Of a stretch of 64,000 nucleotides of DNA, positions 47,269 to 56,417 are shown one piece after another. The notes beneath the pieces are model-generated. The model saw only the letters and a program-made list of their open reading frames with translations. It did no database searches and was not told the DNA's origin. The stretch is taken from contig OZ025663.1 in NCBI GenBank assembly GCA_964019335.1, positions 496,001 through 560,000 of the forward strand, read 5' to 3'. This DNA is from Diplonema japonicum (taxonomy: Eukaryota; Protista; Euglenozoa: Diplonemea). Each line of letters begins with the position of its first letter. Position 1 is the stretch's first letter. The position numbers and the translations under genes were made by a program.

Positions 47269-49308
47269 ATGATACCGCGTGTGAAGTTTCAAGAATGGCA
47301 AAGAGTGCTCCAGAGGAACGTGCCTTGTTCCTGTGTGCTGAGCTTGCTGTCTGACAATGCAAATCTCGCAGTTGTATTTTCCGACGAAGGAAGCGAATTG
47401 TGGAGGTGTGCGGTACGAGCCCCTGCGTGCAAAATGATCATGGAGGGACGGCCTTATATGGCTGCAGCCGACCCGGATTTCAAGATCCTTGCATTTGTAT
47501 TTGAGAACAATCGGGTGGTCGGTATCGATATCAGCACCCAAACGGAGGTCTGGTCCTGTCTATCGGCAAATAATTCAAACGTGTCGTGCATTTCTCTGGG
47601 CGACGGGCCTGCCGTGGCCTACTCCGATCGTACCATTGTCTTTCCAGGGAGGTATGCAACACAGCTTGAGCTCTCAAAGGCTGTCGTTTCCATGGCATGG
47701 ACAAAGGCTACCCTCGCTGTGCAGTACAAAGAGTCTATCGATTTGTACAAACGGGATGGTACTGTTATGAAGCTCATCTCACAGAACCTCACCAACGTAT
47801 GGCTCACCAAACCCGGAGAAGGCGAACTCGAACCCAACGTCTGGCCGAACCACGGTCACCGCCTCACTTTCTCCACGGAAGGCGAGTACCTCTGCGCCCC
47901 TGTCGTCGACGGCGTCAAGGTCTACAAAACCAACCCTTCCAGAACCGCTCTCCAGGAGTTCCGCTCCAGCATGTTCCGCGACCCCATTCAAAGCGGCCGC
48001 TTCTTCCCCAAAACACCTACCAAGCTCGTACTCATATCCATGTTTCCTGCGAAGATCATTTTATGGGACCTCGCGCACGACACCGTCCTGTGGGCCATGG
48101 GTCTCTGCCATGCTACGATGCACGACTGCTGCATCACCGGCTCGACTGTGTTCGCCGTCACGGGACTGGGGATCTTCACCATCAAAAGCCTGCGGCCGCA
48201 AAGTAAAACATTGGAGCCTGCAATGAAGAAGCAGAGGCTCACAGCATCGCAGGACAGCGAGCTTGTCATCGTTACTCCCAACCCTCCAAAAAAATCTACC
48301 CCGAGGCCCCCTGCCTCCGTCGAGACTCCTGTCGTCGTGTCCGAGTCGACCAAGCCTGCTGCCACAACATCTACAACAGCCAAGGCCACGGCCATGGCCA
48401 CAGCCACTGCCACATCACCAGCCTCCTCATCGTTCAGTCCAACAAGTACATCTGTGCGTTCTGCAGTTCCTCGGCTTCGGAATGTATCCTTGGTTCAGCC
48501 GGAAGTTCTCTATCAACCCAAGCCGTGGGGAGCGGGTGAGAAGGCTGAGACAAGACACAGGCCGGCGAGGAACGAGAAAATGCCTTCGGACCCGAAGACC
48601 AAGCCAAAGCTAGCCACAAATGAAAGAGTAATACTGAAGGAGGAACCGTCTAGATCAGCAAGAAGCGAGAAGGCAATGTGCGAACCCACGCTGTCGACGA
48701 ACAATGCAAAGGTGATACCGACAAGAGGGCACGGGAAGTGGGAGCTGATGGCTGCAGGATGGGTTCGGCCGGTGTCCATCTGGTGCAAGGAAGCAGCGTT
48801 GGTGGTGAGCGAAGTCAAGGACGGGGTGATGTGTGTGTGCGCAACACACGCGGCGAAACAGCAAGAAATTGTAGTAGTGAAAGTGGCATGCGGCACTGTG
48901 GTCGTGAAGCTGCTTATAGGACTGGGAATAATGAAACCGACAAGTGTGGCAGTGGGTTGTGGGATGGTGGTGGTCATGGCGAATGATGCCATAGTCGGCA
49001 TCGACATAGTGCAGCGCAAAACAATGTGGCAAGCAGTACCGCCGTTCAAGAAGGGCACTATCGTAGAAGCTACACCCACAGGGTGCGTTGTGGCCAGCAG
49101 CGACAAACAGAGCAAATGGGGTTCTTGCAAGGACATAGGCTACACGTCATGGTTAGATCTATCCCACCCTGAAGGTATGCTAGTACACCACATTTCATAC
49201 ACAACAGATATGCTGTATTTCTCTAAAGCAGAGCACCTCCCTCACTATGCAATGAAGGCTGTAGATGCCCTAGGCGTCGGCACTGTGATAGAAAAGCTCG
49301 TGAAGTAA
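47269..49308 (+). CDS. WD40-like beta-propeller protein (possibly Ctf4/WDHD1- or HIRA-like)
   Basis: 679-aa ORF with RLTFSTEGEYLCAP and KIILWD, a low-complexity linker and a second beta-rich domain. Confidence 0.6.
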   Translation: MIPRVKFQEWQRVLQRNVPCSCVLSLLSDNANLAVVFSDEGSELWRCAVRAPACKMIMEGRPYMAAADPDFKILAFVFENNRVVGIDISTQTEVWSCLSANNSNVSCISLGDGPAVAYSDRTIVFPGRYATQLELSKAVVSMAWTKATLAVQYKESIDLYKRDGTVMKLISQNLTNVWLTKPGEGELEPNVWPNHGHRLTFSTEGEYLCAPVVDGVKVYKTNPSRTALQEFRSSMFRDPIQSGRFFPKTPTKLVLISMFPAKIILWDLAHDTVLWAMGLCHATMHDCCITGSTVFAVTGLGIFTIKSLRPQSKTLEPAMKKQRLTASQDSELVIVTPNPPKKSTPRPPASVETPVVVSESTKPAATTSTTAKATAMATATATSPASSSFSPTSTSVRSAVPRLRNVSLVQPEVLYQPKPWGAGEKAETRHRPARNEKMPSDPKTKPKLATNERVILKEEPSRSARSEKAMCEPTLSTNNAKVIPTRGHGKWELMAAGWVRPVSIWCKEAALVVSEVKDGVMCVCATHAAKQQEIVVVKVACGTVVVKLLIGLGIMKPTSVAVGCGMVVVMANDAIVGIDIVQRKTMWQAVPPFKKGTIVEATPTGCVVASSDKQSKWGSCKDIGYTSWLDLSHPEGMLVHHISYTTDMLYFSKAEHLPHYAMKAVDALGVGTVIEKLVK

Positions 49309-49437
49309 TGTATACCTGTTTGCGGCACTTCTGTATCCCCTTTCTTTTTCTTTTCTACAGCGTAGATTATCGTGCCCTGTTCTTTTTTAGGGAACACTGG
49401 GTTTCGGGTTTTTAACATCAAAAGTCGCGAAGACAAA

Positions 49438-51867
49438 ATGCCACCAAAAGGCCGAGGTGGAGCCTCCACGAGGGCGGTTCCTGGGCAGGCTCCTCCAAAA
49501 GGGGGGTCTGGCGAATCCACCAGGCAAGGAGAAGCGGTGGGCGACCTAGCCGGCAGGCTGGGGATGGGCTGGAAGGTCCAAGACGTGGGGAGGAGGCCGG
49601 GAGACTGCTTGTATGAGGCAGCCTCATACGCGGTGCACGGAGCGCGAGACGGGGCCGCTGCCCTAAGGGAGGCAGTGGCGGCAGACCTGGCGACGAAGGA
49701 CTTCTCGTCCTTCATGATTGGAGAGGACCCGGAGGGGGCGTGGAAGGAGTACCAGCGGCTGGTGGCTCTTCCGGGGACGTGGGGAGACCGGATGGCGGTG
49801 AATGCCCTGGCGCGAGCCATGGGCCGCGTGATCTGTGTGTACGCGGTCCGGGACGACCGCCTGGTGTGCACCACCTCCAGGCCGGTGGGTGGGATGGTGA
49901 CCACACAGGAGCTGTGGCTAGGGTATGTGAGAGACCACTACGTGTGTCTCAGCAGGGAGGAAGGAGCGAGGAAGCCGGACGCAGATGAGTATGAGCCGAG
50001 GCCGAGATACCCCATTCCTCTACGCAGCGTGGCCAAGGGTGGTTCGAAGCCCGAGAAGAAAGAAGTACGCAAGCCCGTCGAGGGGTGCCTCGATGGAGAT
50101 GAGTGGCAGGTCCACGTGCAGGAGTGGCAGGGCCCGGAGACGGTGCAAGAGCGCGCGGTGTACCTGGTGCCGAAGGGTGATGAGCGACAGGCGGCAGAGT
50201 GGCTGAAGGGGACGGCAGCGGCGACGGTGGTTTCCTGGGGACGATTACCCTACTTCTGCGGTAAGATGGCGGAGGTCCTCCTGGTGACAAACGAGGGACG
50301 TGGCAAGACGTACAGGCGCCTGTACGTGACGGCAAGGCACGGCGACCCGGCAATGCCCACTAGCGAGACTGTCGAGGACATGGAGGAGACGGAGGAGAAG
50401 GAGCCTGAGCCCACGTGCACTGCAGAGCTTTTTCTCCTGGCGCAGACGACGCAGGACGCCGAGAAAGCTCGGCCGCGTCTGCTGGCATGGCTGAGAGAAC
50501 GCGCAGGGAGGTACCTCGCTAAGAGGGGCAGAAAGAAGGACGGTATTTTAGAAATACCGATCACGGTAAAGAAGGAAGACGTTAAGGCGATCCTAACGCG
50601 CAGCGGAGAGGACGGCGTTTTCGTCAGGCAGCCTTGGGAGGCGCGTGACCTGCTGCCAGTGATCTGGCTGGAGAACACGGCTCTGAAGGTTGCCCTGAAG
50701 ATGAAGAATGACATCGGCGGATGGGGTTTGACCCTGAAAAAATCGAGCAAGACTGTCACGTACGGCGTTCGGGTGCCAAAGGACGGACTCAACACCGCAA
50801 GGCAGATCCTCAAGGACCGCCATGCAGATCTGAAGACAACAGCGACCGCCGTAGACCTGCTAGAGGGTGCCCACTACGAGGTGCAGGGAGTCCCGGTAGC
50901 AATGAACGGGCTGGAGCTCGAGGGCAAGCTGAGCCGTTCCGGGTGGCCAGCAACGGTGAGGAAGAAGCTGCACAGGCATGGTGGCAGACAGACGTGGGTG
51001 GTGACTGCGACGACCGAACCAAGGAGCTTGGTGTTGACAGTCCAGGGAGTGAGGTGGGCCATCCAGCCGATGGAAGGGGACCTGCTGAGGGTGGGCAAGA
51101 ATAAGAAGAAGAAGGAGGTGAAGAACACGCCGGTCTTCACCTTGCCGCCGAACGCCGTGTGGGGAAGACAAGCTGGGCCAGCACCGAATCCAACTGCAGC
51201 ACCCCAACCGGGAGTTCAACCTCAACCACAAGCGACCGAGACACAGCAGCCTGGGCAAGCGCAGCAGTCTGGGCAGTCGACGCATTTCTGCAAACCGCAG
51301 ACGACACCGGTGATGCAGGCGCCGGCGTCGGCACCGCCATCTGCGACCTCCGGTACCGCATCCACCGACCAGTTCGTGGAATGGGCGCGAAGGATGGAAC
51401 TGGAGAACGAACAGGAGAGGAAGACCATGGAGGCCCGGCTCGTCGACATGGAGAGGAAGAACGCGTCGACGGCCAACCTGTTGATGTCCGTGCAACAGAA
51501 CGTGCAAACGCTGAGCGAGCAGATGGGAGTGATGGCTGCACGTCTGGAGCAATTGGACGTGATTGCTTCTGCGGTGAACAACCTCGCACAGGCGGTGGGC
51601 TCAATCCAAAAGGAGATGCAGGCACAGGCGAAAGCGGCAAGGAAGACAGGCGGGAAGAGGAAGTGCGAGGACGAGCCGGGCAACAAGAAAGCGGCCTCAG
51701 GTGCCCTTGTCCCCACCGCTGGAATAGGCAGGGAGATGACGCCGATGATCATGCCCAACAGCACCCCCCTTTGTGCCGCGGCAGCTGGCGGGACACCTGT
51801 GCAGCAGCAGCTAACCCCGATGGTCGCCCCCCTGGCTGTCCAGGACATCGACACCGAGTTCAATTGA
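49438..51867 (+). CDS. Retrotransposon ORF1 with N-terminal OTU cysteine protease domain and C-terminal coiled coil
   Basis: PGDCLYEAAS...LREAVA...GTWGDRMAVNALARAMGRVICVY...LWLGYVRDHY (OTU Cys and His boxes). Confidence 0.85.
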   Translation: MPPKGRGGASTRAVPGQAPPKGGSGESTRQGEAVGDLAGRLGMGWKVQDVGRRPGDCLYEAASYAVHGARDGAAALREAVAADLATKDFSSFMIGEDPEGAWKEYQRLVALPGTWGDRMAVNALARAMGRVICVYAVRDDRLVCTTSRPVGGMVTTQELWLGYVRDHYVCLSREEGARKPDADEYEPRPRYPIPLRSVAKGGSKPEKKEVRKPVEGCLDGDEWQVHVQEWQGPETVQERAVYLVPKGDERQAAEWLKGTAAATVVSWGRLPYFCGKMAEVLLVTNEGRGKTYRRLYVTARHGDPAMPTSETVEDMEETEEKEPEPTCTAELFLLAQTTQDAEKARPRLLAWLRERAGRYLAKRGRKKDGILEIPITVKKEDVKAILTRSGEDGVFVRQPWEARDLLPVIWLENTALKVALKMKNDIGGWGLTLKKSSKTVTYGVRVPKDGLNTARQILKDRHADLKTTATAVDLLEGAHYEVQGVPVAMNGLELEGKLSRSGWPATVRKKLHRHGGRQTWVVTATTEPRSLVLTVQGVRWAIQPMEGDLLRVGKNKKKKEVKNTPVFTLPPNAVWGRQAGPAPNPTAAPQPGVQPQPQATETQQPGQAQQSGQSTHFCKPQTTPVMQAPASAPPSATSGTASTDQFVEWARRMELENEQERKTMEARLVDMERKNASTANLLMSVQQNVQTLSEQMGVMAARLEQLDVIASAVNNLAQAVGSIQKEMQAQAKAARKTGGKRKCEDEPGNKKAASGALVPTAGIGREMTPMIMPNSTPLCAAAAGGTPVQQQLTPMVAPLAVQDIDTEFN

Positions 51868-54800
51868 AGTGCGGACTGGGACGTCCGGAGGGACGTCCAG
51901 TCGGGTGGCGCCAGGGACCCCGATTCGCTCATAATCACCACACTCAATGTGGGGTCCCTGAGCAACAAGGTTGACGAGGTCCTGGCTATGGGGAGCGACG
52001 TGACATGCCTGCAGGAAGTGAAGCTGACGGAGCACGGTCAGGAGATGGTTGGGAGACACGTCGAGGACGACGGTAGGTATCGCGCGTTGTGGGGGAGCCC
52101 GCAACCAGGCATCGTGGTCGATGGACTCGCGTCTCCTGATAAGGCGAAGAGGGGCGGGGTGGGTCTGCTGGTGCAGCGACGCCGACCTGCTCTGGTAAAA
52201 GATACGGCAGGAAGAGCTGACGACAACAGGTGGGTACACTCGATGATCAACCTAGATGGTCGAGATATGTGGTTACACCTGATCGTAGTCTACTGTCACT
52301 CGGGCGGTCACGGCAAGCACCAGCGGGAGGCTCTGCTGGATAAGGTCCTGAACAAGATGAGATGCGTCCTCGGTGACGTACCGATCATCGTGGCAGGCGA
52401 TTTCAACACCGCGGTGTCACAGTCGGGAGTGCTACAACAGGCGGTGGGGAGCGATTGGGTGGATGCTGCTATGCTGCAAGCCGAGAGGGATGGCGTGGAA
52501 CCATGCCACACCTTTGCCAGGCAGGCCACCAACACGAAGACGCGTATCGACTACGTTCTGCTGAACCCGATCGCGGCGGCAGGCCTACAGAAGGTGTGGG
52601 TACACGACGCAGTCTACACCAACGAGCACCGCTGCCTCTCAATCCAGCTCCGGATCCCGGCCCTCAAGTGCATGACGAGGAAATACTTCGTCCCGAGGGA
52701 GTTGCCGATGGAAGCTGCTGATGGTGACCGAGTTGCTGAGCTGCTACAGGTCGGGGGATTTGCGCAGAAGCTGGGCGACGGCGACATTGACGATGCGTAT
52801 AGTACGTTAGCGTGCGTTTCGGAGGAATGCTGCATCGGGGACCTGCCAGCGGTGAGACGGAGGGCCTACGTCGGGAGAAGCGTGGCGCGACAACCAAAGG
52901 AGAAGTGCCTGTCGGCGAAATCTGTGGTTGAGGCGACAGGTGCGGCAGTGGGCTGGCAGAAGTGCATCGCCGAGGTGAAGCGGAAAGTCTCGCACATCCT
53001 TGCGGGAGTCCAAGATTTGCTCGACAGGGGACTAGCAAGCAACATGCCGGAGCAGCTGCTGAGGACTTGGGCGAATGCTATAAAGGTGTTAGCGAAGCTC
53101 CCGCAGCTTCCGAGATGCGAGGTGGGTCTGATGAAGGACAATTTTGAAACGATTATCATCAAACTTCAACGCCTAGACGACGACCTGTCCGCTCTGGCGC
53201 GAGTGATCGCAAAGGACGCGAGGGTCGAGCGTGAAAGGAAGTATGAAGAGAGGATCAACACCCACTTCAAGGAGGAACGGAAGAGGGTGACCGCCTTCGT
53301 GAAGGGCACAACGGCATCAGCAACGCAGGCAGTGGAAGGCGACGGGGTTCTCACGGCAGATCTTGAAGAGATGGACAAGATGATGCACAAGGAGTGGGAC
53401 CCTATTTTTCAGCTGTACGGTGGGGATCGAGGAGAGCCGCAGTACAACGCCTTTAGAACGAGGTACAGGGAGTACATCGTGTCGCAGAAGATGGAACTTC
53501 GACCACTTACAGGAGAGGATCTGAGGGCGGTGTTGGCCAAGAAGTCAACGAGAACGGCTCCAGGGGTGGATGGATGGAGGATGGCGGAACTGCGTGCCAT
53601 GCCGGTAGTACTGCTGGATGCTTGGGCCGAGCTGTTCAACGCAGTCGAGACGACAGGGAAGTGGCCGAAAGCACTCCTGACAGCGCTGGTGACGTTGATC
53701 CCGAAGGGTGGCGAGAGGACTCCTCTGAACCATCGGCCGATCACAGTCACGAGCGCGGTCTATCGGCTGTGGGCATGTGCGAGGCTGCGTGACATCACGC
53801 TGTGGCAAGAGAAGTGGATCGACGACTCTCAGCATGGTTTCAGACCGAAGAGAGGCACGGATAGCATTCTGATGGAGCTCAGTACACAGCTCGAAGAGGC
53901 GCTGTTGACAGGCACCCCTCTCAACGGCATTGCGTTGGATTTTGTCAAGTGCTTCGACAGAGTCCCACAGCAGATAGCTTTTGGCCTGATGCAAGATCTC
54001 GGTTTGCACGAGCGGATACTGACCCCCTTGAAAGCTATGTATGCGAACCTGAAGCGGCGATTCCGTTTCCCGACAGGTGTTGGCTCAGAGTTCCGAGTGA
54101 CGAATGGTATCCTGCAAGGGTGCCCCATCTCGGTAATCATGGTGAACGCCTTGGTGTCGGTGATGGTGAAGTGCGTGATGACGGAAGTACCAGGAGCTTG
54201 GTCACTTTCGTACGCGGATGACGTGTACCTCCTGGCGCGTTTAGCGGAGGTCCTGACAAGGGCGACCAACAAGGTGATCGAGTTCGGGGACCGGACAGAG
54301 ATGCGCCTCAACGGAAAGAAGTCGCAGGGATTCTCGACGAAAAACGAGATCGGCCCTAGTTTAGTATGCACCGGTTCCTCGTTCAAGGTAGCTGGGGAGA
54401 TCAAATCACTTGGCGTGAACCTGAGCATGGATGGGAATCACAGGCTGGACAAGCTGGACGCAGCGGAGGGACGCCTGACCCGTCTCGGAGCTTTGCCACT
54501 AGGGTTTGAGAACAAGTCGACGATGTTGACGAGCACTGTGCTACCGTCGTGTCTGTACGGAGCAACGTATGCGGCACCCTCGGACGACCAGCTGAAGAAG
54601 ATGTGTACAGCGGCAGTGGTCTCCCTGTGGGGCCCCCAGTTCGGGATGAGAAACCCCGTGTCTGTACTGAGCGTTCTGCTGCCAGGGCATACGGCACATC
54701 CGCTGTCGAAGGTCATCTACGGAACGATAAACAGCTTGGTCCGGGAGAGCCTGGCCTCTCCGCGTTTGCGGCAGCGTGTTGGTGAGATCATTGGTCTATA

Positions 54801-55986
54801 CCAGGACCGTGATGACGATGAGGTGATGGGTCCGATTGGAGTCCTGCGGAACAGATGGCTCCCCTTTCTGGGGAAGGGATGGTCCTTTGTGGCCGACCTG
54901 CACGGAGATACAGCGGTGGCTCACAAAGTGAGGCAAGCCATCAGACCGGCAGTTGCGAAGAGGCTGATCGAGAAGAGATCAACCTTCGTGGGGATGGAGG
55001 CAGGGGCGTGCCCGTCCACGAACTATTGGTGGAAAAAGCTCCAGGCCCGGAGACCGTTGGTGTCCTTTAGGTTGCGGCGCATCATTAGTGGTGCAGTGTT
55101 CACGACTCACCCGAGGGTGTGGGGGAGAAAATTGGATGGCCCTGGTGTGGAAAACCCAGCATTAGCGTGTGACGTTTGCGACCACCGGTCCCAGACAACG
55201 ACCAGCATGACGGAGCATGCACTGTGGGAGTGCGAGCCGGCAAGGAGTGTGTTGGAAAGCGAGCAATACGCAGAGGTGAAGCGAGAAGGCCTCCCAGCTG
55301 CCACAGCCCTTCACGGGATAGTCCCAAGAGGAGCCGACAAAGCAGGGAAAGAACGTGCCAGGATGGTGCAACAATACCTCCTGAAAGTAGTGACGGTCCG
55401 TGACGCCAGAGCAGCGGAAAAAAGCAAGAGAGTGCTCACCTCCAACCCTTGGGATGAGGTAACGACAGGGAGGCAACATGATGTTCCGACGGAAGCGTTG
55501 CTGAAGGCGAACGGGGCGTCAGGCGCGGTCCTGACCTTTCATCTGAAGAACGTCCTCAAGTGGCTAAGAGGCCTACGATGGTACGATGGTAAGAAGAAAA
55601 CTTCCGTCACTACAATGGAACTCGCCATAGACTATGAGCAGACCACCCGCCGGTCACTCATAGGTCCCCTCGACGATCAGGACCTGCTCACGGAGAAGGC
55701 CGCAAGGATGCGATACATCTTGGGTCGCATCCAGAAATGCTCAGCACGCTGTGGAAGGTCAGCCTTCCCCGCCAACGCCAAATCAAGGGTGCATACCCTT
55801 CGACATCTTGGGGGCCCGACGGCACACGGCTACGACAGGAGACCACTCTTCTCCTCGAGCCAAACCCCCCCCTACCTAGCACGACTCCAAGCAGTGTTTC
55901 TCGCCCAGATGCCGTCCATCTCATCGCGACAAACAGCCACCGCAGGCACCAGACAGCAACCGCAGAACGGTGACCGATTAGTGTGA
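51868..55986 (+). CDS. Retrotransposon ORF2: APE endonuclease, reverse transcriptase, C-terminal zinc finger
   Basis: TLNVGSL, CLQEV, AGDFN, RIDYVL; APGVDG, QHGFR, LDFVKCFDRV, GILQGCPIS, YADD; CDVC...EHALWEC. The frame is open directly from the ORF1 TGA. Confidence 0.95.
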   Translation, partial: SADWDVRRDVQSGGARDPDSLIITTLNVGSLSNKVDEVLAMGSDVTCLQEVKLTEHGQEMVGRHVEDDGRYRALWGSPQPGIVVDGLASPDKAKRGGVGLLVQRRRPALVKDTAGRADDNRWVHSMINLDGRDMWLHLIVVYCHSGGHGKHQREALLDKVLNKMRCVLGDVPIIVAGDFNTAVSQSGVLQQAVGSDWVDAAMLQAERDGVEPCHTFARQATNTKTRIDYVLLNPIAAAGLQKVWVHDAVYTNEHRCLSIQLRIPALKCMTRKYFVPRELPMEAADGDRVAELLQVGGFAQKLGDGDIDDAYSTLACVSEECCIGDLPAVRRRAYVGRSVARQPKEKCLSAKSVVEATGAAVGWQKCIAEVKRKVSHILAGVQDLLDRGLASNMPEQLLRTWANAIKVLAKLPQLPRCEVGLMKDNFETIIIKLQRLDDDLSALARVIAKDARVERERKYEERINTHFKEERKRVTAFVKGTTASATQAVEGDGVLTADLEEMDKMMHKEWDPIFQLYGGDRGEPQYNAFRTRYREYIVSQKMELRPLTGEDLRAVLAKKSTRTAPGVDGWRMAELRAMPVVLLDAWAELFNAVETTGKWPKALLTALVTLIPKGGERTPLNHRPITVTSAVYRLWACARLRDITLWQEKWIDDSQHGFRPKRGTDSILMELSTQLEEALLTGTPLNGIALDFVKCFDRVPQQIAFGLMQDLGLHERILTPLKAMYANLKRRFRFPTGVGSEFRVTNGILQGCPISVIMVNALVSVMVKCVMTEVPGAWSLSYADDVYLLARLAEVLTRATNKVIEFGDRTEMRLNGKKSQGFSTKNEIGPSLVCTGSSFKVAGEIKSLGVNLSMDGNHRLDKLDAAEGRLTRLGALPLGFENKSTMLTSTVLPSCLYGATYAAPSDDQLKKMCTAAVVSLWGPQFGMRNPVSVLSVLLPGHTAHPLSKVIYGTINSLVRESLASPRLRQRVGEIIGLYQDRDDDEVMGPIGVLRNRWLPFLGKGWSFVADLHGDTAVAHKVRQAIRPAVAKRLIEKRSTFVGMEAGACPSTNYWWKKLQARRPLVSFRLRRIISGAVFTTHPRVWGRKLDGPGVENPALACDVCDHRSQTTTSMTEHALWECEPARSVLESEQYAEVKREGLPAATALHGIVPRGADKAGKERARMVQQYLLKVVTVRDARAAEKSKRVLTSNPWDEVTTGRQHDVPTEALLKANGASGAVLTFHLKNVLKWLRGLRWYDGKKKTSVTTMELAIDYEQTTRRSLIGPLDDQDLLTEKAARMRYILGRIQKCSARCGRSAFPANAKSRVHTLRHLGGPTAHGYDRRPLFSSSQTPPYLARLQAVFLAQMPSISSRQTATAGTRQQPQNGDRLV
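51874..51902 (+). promoter_or_regulatory. Candidate stop-codon readthrough stem-loop
   Basis: GACT(G)GGACGTCC-GGAG-GGACGTCCAGTC: 12-bp stem starting 6 nt after TGA 51865-51867. Confidence 0.55.
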
Positions 55987-56050
55987 ATTTCTACCTGAAC
56001 AGTGAGCACCCCCATGCACACTGAAATTTTATCGAGTTTTTTATCCATTC

Positions 56051-56088
<38 letters not shown>

Positions 56089-56417
56089 CTAATGCATAAA
56101 GGACTGGGACTGATGGATCAGTCTAAAAAATAATAAAAAAATAAAATCCTGCCACGGCATTTTCGGTGTGCAGCGCCGCCCCACTTAACGGATCCGAAGG
56201 GCAGGTGGGAATAATACGTTCATACACCCTCAAGCCCCACCCTTGCAATTTTATTTTTGTCGGAATTAAAGTCCAAAATTTCCTTTAGGCCAAAAAACAG
56301 CGGATAAGAAAAAAACCCCCGCGAAAGGGAGGTGGGGAAGAGGAAGGAAGAAAGCAAAAACAAAAAAGGAGGAAAAAAAAAAAAAAAAAAAAAAAAAAAG
56401 AAAACACCCTCCCCCAA

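Larger units (their letters stand above)
49390..56088 (+). mobile_element. Apparently intact APE-type non-LTR retrotransposon (boundaries approximate)
   Basis: GC-rich, homopolymer-free ~6.6-kb block with ORF1 and an APE-RT-zinc finger ORF2. No TSD identified. Confidence 0.9.

Noticed and set aside
51865-51867. Genome-wide UGA reassignment as the explanation for the in-frame TGA
   Set aside because: Many host genes (cathepsin, APMAP-like, SMCHD1, PhyH) end in TGA, and no internal TGAs appear in conserved domains.
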